Source of the DNA: an uncultured Candidatus Saccharibacteria bacterium
GTDB taxonomy: Bacteria; Patescibacteriota; Minisyncoccia; Minisyncoccales; GWA2-38-27
DNA length: 64,000 bases
Direction of reading: 5' to 3'
Assembly (NCBI GenBank): GCA_964394985.1
Contig: CAYMZK010000002.1
Coordinates: 22,349 to 86,348, forward strand
Shown one piece after another: positions 39,145 to 46,569 of this stretch. Position numbers and translations under genes: made by a program. The notes beneath the pieces were generated by a model. It searched no databases. It saw only the letters and a program-made list of their open reading frames with translations, and was not told the origin of the DNA. Every line of letters begins with the position of its first letter. The stretch's first letter is position 1.

Positions 39145-40542
39145 CTACTGAGCTTGTGTTTGCTTGAGAAGATCCCAAACAAGCCACTCTAGGGTCATTT
39201 TTGCGTGAACACAAAATCGTTCATCAAGGTCCCAAATAGACCCATTTTGTATTTCAGCCTGAAATGGACATCCACCGCCGCATATACCAAGAGCAGGACA
39301 ATTCTGACATTGAGGCATATTTAAAGGAGACCGCATGCTCCATTCACGAAAAGTTTCATCCTTGCTAATGTCGAAGAATCCATCATCAACATTAGTTGGA
39401 AAATACTTTCTTTCTGTGACAAAGCCATGACAGATACCGACATCACCATTGGGAGCAATAACGATCTGGTTTCCTCCAGTTGCCCCGCAATCAAACGGCC
39501 AAACATTCCTTTCGATAAAAGCATTGGCTTTACGCATAATACGATCTTCGTAAACACCTTTTTCTCTAAAGATTTGGAAGGCATCGATTATGAAACGAGC
39601 TGCCTTTTCGTTATAACCGTCAAGTATTTTTTCATCTCCACTAATCATGAGATTTAGACCCAAATTTGTTATAGCACATTCATCTAAAAGCACTCTTATA
39701 GTATTATCAAAATCAGAAATATTAACCTCTGAAAGAGTACACGATGCACCAATGTCCATTCCAAGATCTCTACAAATCCTAAACCCTCTTTTGATATCCT
39801 GATATACCGGTTCTCCATTTGTATAAGCACGATGAGAGTTTGTCGCCGATTCATTGCCGTCAATAGATATTGAAACTTGAACATTGTTACCCCTAAGAAC
39901 TTCGGCGATATGATCGGTTAAAAGAGTACCATTCGTAACTAAATTAAGTGTAGTTTTCTTGGGGAGCTTTTCTGCTTTTCTATATTCTCTTATTTTAACT
40001 AGCAATGCTTCAAAAACTGGCCAGTTCATAAGAAGCTCTCCCCCGTAAAAAACTATTGTCTTCTCTGCCTCAAATTGCTCGGAGTCTTTCTGAATTGCAC
40101 GACAAAAGAAATCAAGACCTTTAAGGGCAGTTTCTTTTGTCATATGATCTTCCTTATACCCCGAACTAATTTGGTTTTTTATGAAACAGTAGCTACATCG
40201 AAAGTTACATTTTTCCGTGAGAAGAAAATAAACCAAATGAGGATAAGGGTTTCCAAGAAGACCAAGAAAATATCTTATTACCTGATCGTCTTCCTCGGGA
40301 TTTTGAACTAAAATTTTCACATCTCTTAATACATCAATTATAGTTAAGAGATTTTCTTTTTTTTCAGAATCGGCAATAATCAAATCTTCCGGACAAGCAC
40401 CTCCTTTGAATTCGCTGATCATCGGAAGCAAATCTGTAGGGACATAAACCGGCATCATTCGAAGAGAATGATAGCACGCACTCAGAGACTGTCTTGTAAA
40501 AAAATGAGCAAATCTTGAAAGAAAAAATTTGTTCTTTTCCAT
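39145..40542 (-). CDS. Radical SAM/SPASM-domain peptide-maturase-like enzyme, cassette 1
   Basis: 465 aa with CNFRCSYC and C-terminal CQNCPALGICGGGCPF. A ~100-aa N-terminal extension begins ...LSRFAHFF. Confidence 0.85.
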   Translation of the reverse strand: MEKNKFFLSRFAHFFTRQSLSACYHSLRMMPVYVPTDLLPMISEFKGGACPEDLIIADSEKKENLLTIIDVLRDVKILVQNPEEDDQVIRYFLGLLGNPYPHLVYFLLTEKCNFRCSYCFIKNQISSGYKEDHMTKETALKGLDFFCRAIQKDSEQFEAEKTIVFYGGELLMNWPVFEALLVKIREYRKAEKLPKKTTLNLVTNGTLLTDHIAEVLRGNNVQVSISIDGNESATNSHRAYTNGEPVYQDIKRGFRICRDLGMDIGASCTLSEVNISDFDNTIRVLLDECAITNLGLNLMISGDEKILDGYNEKAARFIIDAFQIFREKGVYEDRIMRKANAFIERNVWPFDCGATGGNQIVIAPNGDVGICHGFVTERKYFPTNVDDGFFDISKDETFREWSMRSPLNMPQCQNCPALGICGGGCPFQAEIQNGSIWDLDERFCVHAKMTLEWLVWDLLKQTQAQ

Positions 40543-40582
40543 GGCAAGAACTCCTTTGCATTAGCATTTATTGTTTCCATGT

Positions 40583-40613
40583 AGGGGGAGGAAGATTTTT
40601 TCTTCCTCCCCCT
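40583..40613 (-). promoter_or_regulatory. Intercistronic hairpin between precursor and rSAM gene (cassette 1)
   Basis: AGGGGGAGGAAG/CTTCCTCCCCCT, a 12-bp stem with no U-tract. Confidence 0.6.
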
Positions 40614-40622
40614 TGACGCTCC

Positions 40623-40767
40623 TTACCAAGGAGATTTCGTGGACTTGGAATTGTACCTGCACGCACATTTGCACGCACATGTACCACACTTGGATGCATG
40701 GGCGATCTTCGCAGAATTTCCAAGAATCTTCGTAGCATCCTTAACTGTGGGTACTATAAGCCTTCAT
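40623..40767 (-). pseudogene. Cys-rich precursor-like peptide, cassette 1, with frame broken after codon 2 as assembled
   Basis: SD AGGAGA then ATG AAG G|CT TAT AGT... hits TAA after 8 codons. Removing one G gives MKLIVPTVKDATKILGNSAKIAHASKCGTCACKCACRYNSKSTKSPW (47 aa), which is homologous to the cassette 2 peptide. Confidence 0.6.
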
Positions 40768-40893
40768 AATTTTCTCCTTTCTTGCCTGCAACTATCTATT
40801 GTTTTCTCTACCGAAAGTTTACGTAAACTTCCTTTTGCAATATTGAAAAACAATAAACAGAAACAGGGCTTGTATGATTGTCAAAGGTCCATA

Positions 40894-40925
40894 ATTATAC
40901 TACTGAACAACTTGATTGCTGTCAA
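40894..40925 (-). promoter_or_regulatory. Sigma70-like promoter of cassette 1
   Basis: Minus strand reads TTGACA (40920-40925), a 17-nt spacer, then TAGTAT overlapping a perfect TATAAT. Confidence 0.5.
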
Positions 40926-40942
40926 GCGCTAGCGGGCTGAAT

Positions 40943-41404
40943 TCAACCTTCAAGTGCAACACTTAATTCTTTACTTAACCAAAAGAATTTTCCATCTTCT
41001 TTCCATTTAATAATAGCTTTTGGCAAAATAACGGGATAAACCTTTTCATTTAAAAATTTATCCTTAGACAGAAAGATAAAATCAATCTCATCTTCTTTGC
41101 TTTTGTCTTCAATATCATCAAACTCAACATAAAAGAAAAGATTAATATCGTGATGTTTCTCTCCATCTTCTTTAGTAAAAATATCTTCCATTCCTCCAAT
41201 TAAAGATACTTTTCTTATAGATATAATAAGCTCCTCATTTAATTCTCGAATCACAGCATCTTTTGCAGTTTCACCAAATTCAACATGACCACCAGCTAAA
41301 AAATAATAATCCTTACATTCATCTTTGTGTTTACAAACTAAAAACTTTCCGTCTTTTTCAACAACAGCCCTCACTCTTATCTCAAATTTTTTATTATTTG
41401 TCAT
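40943..41404 (-). CDS. NUDIX hydrolase
   Basis: Nudix box GGHVEFGETAKDAVIRELNEELII. Confidence 0.85.
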   Translation of the reverse strand: MTNNKKFEIRVRAVVEKDGKFLVCKHKDECKDYYFLAGGHVEFGETAKDAVIRELNEELIISIRKVSLIGGMEDIFTKEDGEKHHDINLFFYVEFDDIEDKSKEDEIDFIFLSKDKFLNEKVYPVILPKAIIKWKEDGKFFWLSKELSVALEG

Positions 41405-41476
41405 TAATTAATCCTAGCAAAATTATATCTTAGAAACAAGAAAAAATGTGCTTAACCAGGTTAAGCACATTTTATA
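41396..41476. repeat. 81-bp repeat (partner of 35302-35382) covering the 5' region and first codons of the NUDIX gene
   Basis: Identical sequence read in both places. Confidence 0.9.
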
Positions 41477-42197
41477 TCTCTTTAATTTGATTTTCGTCTA
41501 TATATGGATATTTCTTTTCCGCCAAGCTAGCTACTTCCGACATTATCTTGTCTGTTACTTTACGATAATCGTCATTAGTTAATTCTTTGTTTTCGTATTC
41601 TGAAAAATATATTGGCTTTCCAATTTTTATTTTCGCCTTAGCCCCCCTAAACTTAGGACGTTTATCATGACGAGACATAATATCATATGTACCAACAATT
41701 CCTACTGGAATTACCGGTACTTTTGCATTTAAGGCAAATTTAGCCACACCAGTAAATGGTTTTTGAATTTCTCCGTCTGCTGACCTAGTTCCTTCTGGAA
41801 AAATCCCAATCATTCTTCCTTGCCTTAGAGCAGAATAAACCTTACCAATTGTTTCGCTTTTATTATGAGCCTCACGATCAACTTTTATTTGACCGGTTAG
41901 ATTCATTACCGGCCTCCAAACTCTGCTCTTGTAAAATTTTTCAGCTGCTAAATAATGCACCTTTCTAGGAGAAGTAGCTGTAAAGCAAATAAAGTCAAAA
42001 TAGCTTTGATGGTTAGAAGCAATTATAACTGGACCTTCCTTGGGAATATTCTCTAATCCTTCCACCTTATCTATCCAAACTCTGTTAACTAAAGACCCTA
42101 GAGTTTTTTTGATTATAGAGTAACCATATTTAACAGATCTGGTTTCTTTAAAATCAGAGATTCCATTATTTTGTTTTGATTTTTTACTCCAAAACAT
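41472..42197 (-). CDS. 1-acyl-sn-glycerol-3-phosphate acyltransferase-like (PlsC family)
   Basis: NHQSYFDF (HX4D) and FPEGTRS. Promoter TTGACA-18-TATAAT lies at about 42215-42245. Confidence 0.8.
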   Translation of the reverse strand: MFWSKKSKQNNGISDFKETRSVKYGYSIIKKTLGSLVNRVWIDKVEGLENIPKEGPVIIASNHQSYFDFICFTATSPRKVHYLAAEKFYKSRVWRPVMNLTGQIKVDREAHNKSETIGKVYSALRQGRMIGIFPEGTRSADGEIQKPFTGVAKFALNAKVPVIPVGIVGTYDIMSRHDKRPKFRGAKAKIKIGKPIYFSEYENKELTNDDYRKVTDKIMSEVASLAEKKYPYIDENQIKEI

Positions 42198-42290
42198 ATA
42201 TTCTTATACTATAATTATAGCACAATAAATAGTATTTTGTCAAACAAGTTTCGGTACATTCTACTCCGAAGTGAAACATCAAGGTAACTT

Positions 42291-42370
42291 AAAAAGGTGT
42301 GCTTAACCCGATTAAGCACATTCTGGAATAACTTTTGTCAGCAATTAATCGCTCCTGGCCCCTTTCCCCT
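42291..42370. repeat. Composite junction repeat, modules 2+3 (copy f)
   Basis: GTGCTTAACCCGATTAAGCAC hairpin plus CTGGAATAACTTTTGTCAGCAATTAATCGCTCCTGGCCCC. Confidence 0.85.
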
Positions 42371-42675
42371 TTAACTTAATAAAGTCAAGGGTAAAAACAC
42401 TAGAGGTTCGTGTTCGATATAAAACTATCGATCGAATTCAAGCAGGAGAAATTATTTCCTTGGTTACTCATAACGAAAACATGGATGTAAAAGTAAAAGA
42501 TGTCCGGCACTATCGCAGTTTCGAACAAATGCTTCGGCAAGAACCATGGGAAAAAATAGCCCCAGAATCACATTCTAGAGAAGAAGTACTTTCTTTGTTA
42601 AAACAAATATATCCCTATCACAAAGAAAAGCTTGGCGTTGTAGTTTTCGAGTTTTCTCGTGCTAACAATAGTTAA
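42349..42675 (+). pseudogene. ASCH-domain gene lacking its 5' end (truncated by repeat copy f)
   Basis: The frame is open from 42349 and reads ...KSRVKTLEVRVRYKTIDRIQAGEIISL...YRSFEQML...GVVVFEF, but no usable start codon precedes the domain. Confidence 0.5.
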
Positions 42676-42720
42676 GACTTTTCTTAAATGTCCAGCCTCC
42701 TATATGGTGACTGGACTTTT

Positions 42721-43047
42721 TTATTTAATCAATTCTATTTTTATTCCAACAGCATTATATTTCTGTTGTTCTTTTTTTGAATAAAATTTATTAACCTCTT
42801 CAATCAATTCCTGTTTTGATTTACCACCAAATCTTTTCGCAGAAAAATCAGAAAAAAGCTCTTCAAAAGAGCTGTAAAGATAAATAGCTTTTACTTTTAC
42901 TAATACTTTCTTTGAAAAATCATCTTTACAAGTAAATTCAATCTGATCGCCAACATTAACTTTTTGGCGTTTTTGATCATATAATCTAGACTCTATGTCT
43001 TTTTTACCACTGATAACTTTTTTAAAGGGATATACGGCAAGTTTCAT
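42721..43047 (-). CDS. ASCH-domain protein
   Basis: 108 aa with FKKVISGKKDIESRLYD...VGDQIEF. Confidence 0.65.
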   Translation of the reverse strand: MKLAVYPFKKVISGKKDIESRLYDQKRQKVNVGDQIEFTCKDDFSKKVLVKVKAIYLYSSFEELFSDFSAKRFGGKSKQELIEEVNKFYSKKEQQKYNAVGIKIELIK

Positions 43048-43405
43048 TTTATGTTTTTCTATGTTTATTTTAAATTCTTTTTAGTGTTTATTTTATCATT
43101 ATACTTTTATCTGGCAAAAAATCCAAGAATAAACCTCAGGTAGGGCTAATATTTTGAATTAATCCTAATAGTTTATTTTCAAAGTAAATTTTTTAATAAA
43201 AAGGCAAAAAGGGGACGCGTCATTTTTGAACAAGGTTTTAGGTTTTTAGGTTTTTCTCTTTATTTTTCGGCTAATTCTTTGTTGTTTGCAATAATTTCTC
43301 TCATAAATATCTTTTTTAATTTTTTCTTAGTTTTTTTGTATTTTCTTCTACACGGTTTAATAATTTTTTTGCATATTTTTATATTTTATTTTCTCTTTTC
43401 TTTTC

Positions 43406-43439
43406 TTATTATACCCTAAAAACTATTTTAAAACAAAAA
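43406..43439. repeat. 34-bp direct repeat flanking cassette 2 (partner 46053-46086)
   Basis: TTATTATACCCTAAAAACTATTTTAAAACAAAAA occurs at both positions. Confidence 0.9.
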
Positions 43440-43492
43440 TAAAGAGCTAAGCTTCTTAAATTAAAACTCGCTCGGGATAAGTTTAAAGATAT

Positions 43493-44212
43493 CTATTTTT
43501 GGAGGTTCTTATCTTTGTTAATTTTAATAATAGATTTATCTAAAAATTTAGTAAAATCTTTATCGTCTCGCCAGATTTTCCTTAGTTCTTCTCTTAATCT
43601 TTTATGTTGAGGATATCCTTTATCTCCGACTAAAATAATCTTCTTGAATTCGGGTTCGTTCAATAAAAAGGTTAAAGCTTCTTTTAAAGCTTCTATTTGT
43701 TGATTATTAAGTCCTCTTTTTCTCAAATAATTTTTATAATAATACAAAAACTGAAGATGCAATAATTCATGACATATTGTTGTTATTGAAGATGGCAAGC
43801 TGTGCCACATCGATATCATAAACCAATTTTCTTTCTGGTTATAAGGACACATAAAACCTGTCGTTAAAAAACACCTAAAATTATTTCTATAAATAGGTTC
43901 TTCGGTAATATGAGAAAGGATATCAAAAAAATTCTTTTCGACCTTACTCCAAATATTCTCAAGCGTAATTAATTCTTGATTGATTACTAGTTTGCGATAT
44001 TCTTTTTTCGGGTGATTTCTTAAATACCTCTCTACTGTATTCTGAGCTTTTGAAAAATCTGATTTTAAGATCTTGGCCAGTAAATCATCCGGAATATGAA
44101 TAACTTGCTCTCGCCAATTAAGTCCGAGCATATCCTTGTTTTTGCTTTTCGCAATCAAAATCCAACTCCAGGCGTCTTTTTTAATGTTATATTTAAAGGT
44201 AACTTTTGACAT
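43493..44212 (-). CDS. HExxH-motif protein (putative metallopeptidase), cassette 2
   Basis: 239 aa with HELLH and GYPQHKRL. Paralog of 38339-39055. Confidence 0.7.
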   Translation of the reverse strand: MSKVTFKYNIKKDAWSWILIAKSKNKDMLGLNWREQVIHIPDDLLAKILKSDFSKAQNTVERYLRNHPKKEYRKLVINQELITLENIWSKVEKNFFDILSHITEEPIYRNNFRCFLTTGFMCPYNQKENWFMISMWHSLPSSITTICHELLHLQFLYYYKNYLRKRGLNNQQIEALKEALTFLLNEPEFKKIILVGDKGYPQHKRLREELRKIWRDDKDFTKFLDKSIIKINKDKNLQK

Positions 44213-44309
44213 AGAACTAATTTCTTATTTTTATTATAGAATAAAATTGAAATTATATAAAGAAAAAAGGGTGTCCTTGCTTTAATTTACTTAAAACTGG
44301 ATACCCCTT

Positions 44310-45712
44310 TTATAAGTTTTCTGATTTTTGGGTCTGTTCATAAAGATCCCAAACTAACCATCGAATAGTTTCTTTAGCATGCACACAAAAGGCCTCATCA
44401 ACTTCCCAAATACTATCTTTTTGGAGATAAGCATTGTGGGGACAACCTCCACCACAAACAGTAAGTGCTTCACAATCGTGACATCGAGACATATTAAGTG
44501 GAGAGCGCTTACTCCACTCTTGCCAAAAAGGATGTACATAGGGATCAAAACTACCATCTGGCTGTACGAAGAATTCCCCTGTACCACTGTAGGCATGACA
44601 AACACCAAATTTCCCATCTGGCCTAACAACAATTTGTCTTCCACAACCAGAGCAATCTCGATCATATAGTTCGCCATTCACAAATGCTTCAACTTTACGC
44701 ATAATCCGATGTTCATGTATTCCCCGCCTTCTCGCGACTTTAAAACAATCAATCATCGCCTGAGCAGCTTTAATAGAATACTCTGAATCTTTAACTCGAT
44801 ATTCACAACTATCTAATAAGGGATTGAAACCTACTTGATCAATACCTAATTCATCAAGAAACCATTCAAGAACCATCGGCAATTCATCAGCGTTTGCTTT
44901 AGAAATAGTACAAGAAATACAAGTTTTAGCACCTGCTTTTTTAAGAATGGAAATTCCTTTCATCACTTTCGAAAATGTTCCTTTGCGACTTTTCTTCCAA
45001 ATACGACACTTATCATTCACTAATTTGTAACCATCCAATGAAACATCGACTTCAATCTTATGATCTGCACAAAACGCAGCAATTTCAGGAGTTATAAGCG
45101 ATCCATTAGTATTAACGCTAGTTGATAGCCCAAGAGGCAACTGCTTACGTTTTTTAAGACGGTTTATTTCTTTCACAGCCGAATAAAAAACTTTAAGATT
45201 TAGCAATGGCTCTCCGCCATAAAATATAATCGACGGTTTCTGGGGATGAAAGTCTGGAAAATTATAAGCTCTTTTCAAGTAGGTAGCAAATTTTCGGATG
45301 GCAGATATTGCTATTACATCAGATATTGTATCACGTTGCATCTTTGAAGAACTATAAGATCCTTCAAAAAAACAATAGGTGCAATCAAAATTACAGTTGT
45401 CTGTCAGAATTAAATAGAGGGTATCAATACACGGACGCGAAAGAATAATTTTTTGTAATCTCTCTATTTTTCTTTCTTCTTTTTCAGTAACCGACACCAA
45501 AAGTTCACAGTTTTTTAATTCGTTGATTGAGCGAGCAACAATCGCTGGCTTTTCAGAAACACTATCAGACATGGAAGATAAAAAACTTTTAAAATAGACA
45601 ATAACTCAGGATTAAGAAAAAGGACTTGTCTATTTAAGGCGTGGAAAACTGCAATAACGTCATTTTTCTTCCAAAAATGAGCGAATCGAGAAAACTTTAA
45701 ATTGTTATTCAT
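44310..45712 (-). pseudogene. Radical SAM/SPASM-domain enzyme, cassette 2, with a -1 frame break in the N-terminal extension
   Basis: The main frame 44310-45572 carries CNFDCTYC and CHDCEALTVCGGGCPH. The conserved N-terminus MNNNLKFSRFAHFW... (start 45712, SD GGAGG) is in another frame, and the two frames meet at an A6/T6 run at 45579-45584. Confidence 0.8.
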
Positions 45713-45747
45713 TTTAAAACCTCCTTTGGAAACTAAACAGTTAAATA

Positions 45748-45781
45748 GGGGGCAGTTTCGCAAAAATACGAAACTACCCCC
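45748..45781 (-). promoter_or_regulatory. Intercistronic hairpin between precursor and rSAM gene (cassette 2)
   Basis: GGGGGTAGTTTCG/CGAAACTGCCCCC, a 13-bp stem with one G-U pair. It occupies the same position as in cassette 1 but has a different sequence. Confidence 0.6.
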
Positions 45782-45792
45782 TTGAGTCTAAG

Positions 45793-45921
45793 TCACTTAC
45801 AGGCTTGCGGACTACCGGTACACGAAGCACACGCTCCACACTTAAGATTCATGACTGGCTTTGTTCTTAGAGTGCCAAGAATCTTGCGATAGGCTTTCTT
45901 GTTTGGTACTACAAGTTTCAT
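45793..45921 (-). CDS. Cys-rich precursor-like peptide, cassette 2: MKLVVPNKKAYRKILGTLRTKPVMNLKCGACASCTGSPQACK (42 aa)
   Basis: Found manually, below the ORF-track cut-off. SD AAAGGAGG lies 7 nt before the ATG. It sits immediately upstream of the rSAM gene and is homologous to the cassette 1 peptide. Confidence 0.75.
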   Translation of the reverse strand: MKLVVPNKKAYRKILGTLRTKPVMNLKCGACASCTGSPQACK

Positions 45922-46005
45922 TAAATTCACCTCCTTTCTGTCTTTTCTAAAATTATTCAATTATTAAAGATCCTTTGCCGAAGAACATCCTCGGCTACTG
46001 ATTTT

Positions 46006-46034
46006 AATCTACCAAAACAAAACATCTCTGTCAA
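46006..46034 (-). promoter_or_regulatory. Sigma70-like promoter of cassette 2
   Basis: Minus strand reads TTGACA, a 17-nt spacer, then TAGATT. Confidence 0.5.
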
Positions 46035-46152
46035 GTTTTTTTGGTTATTTTTTTATTATACCCTAAAAACTATTTTAAAACAAAAAAACAGGCGTTAAAA
46101 GATTGATTTTATTATAAATTTTAATTTTGCGATAAACCTGGTTTCGTTCAGG

Positions 46153-46569
46153 CTATAAAATTTTTTCCATATAAACATCGTGGTAATTTTGATGCTTTTT
46201 TCTGTATTTTACCTTAAATCCAAACTTCTCATAAAATGGGACCAATCCCTTTTCTTCCATAACATCCAATGCCACTATTTTAAAGTTTTTCTTTTGAGCA
46301 ATCCCTAAAACGGCATTTATTAACTCGCCGCCGATTCCCCTACAACGATATGTCGACAGAACTGCTAAGCGAGCTATTTTCATTTTTGAGCCAACGGAAG
46401 CAAAACGAACAACCCCAATTAAATTATCATTTTCTTCTGCTACTAAAATTTTCTGCCCCTTCTTTATGTTTTCTTTAATTTCTTCTAATATTTTATGACA
46501 ATGATCATGACCTTCTTCTTTGTTAAGATAATTTTGTAAATAAGTCAAGCGTTGTATAACTGGGTTCAA
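46153..46569 (-). CDS. GNAT-family N-acetyltransferase
   Basis: 138 aa with RCRGIGGELINAVL. The TTG start and first ~10 codons coincide with the flank of repeat module 1. Confidence 0.7.
   Translation of the reverse strand: MNPVIQRLTYLQNYLNKEEGHDHCHKILEEIKENIKKGQKILVAEENDNLIGVVRFASVGSKMKIARLAVLSTYRCRGIGGELINAVLGIAQKKNFKIVALDVMEEKGLVPFYEKFGFKVKYRKKHQNYHDVYMEKIL

Noticed and set aside
39321-39584. Same-strand out-of-frame ORFs inside the two rSAM genes (39321-39584, 39696-39884, 40364-40567, 44354-44677)
   Set aside because: They are nested in the well-supported rSAM reading frames, show no motifs and have no independent translation signals.
40639-40932. 97-aa plus-strand ORF with a striking His/Ala-rich start (MDLELYLHAHLHAHVPHLDAW...)
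   Set aside because: It is the antisense shadow of the Cys-rich precursor gene, since TGC/TGT codons read as GCA/ACA/CAT-type codons on the other strand. It has no SD and runs through the cassette promoter.
45793-45795. Alternative genetic code (UGA read as Gly, as in some candidate phyla), which would extend the precursor 2 peptide
   Set aside because: All conserved housekeeping proteins in the window are full-length under the standard code with no in-frame TGA, so code 11 is assumed.
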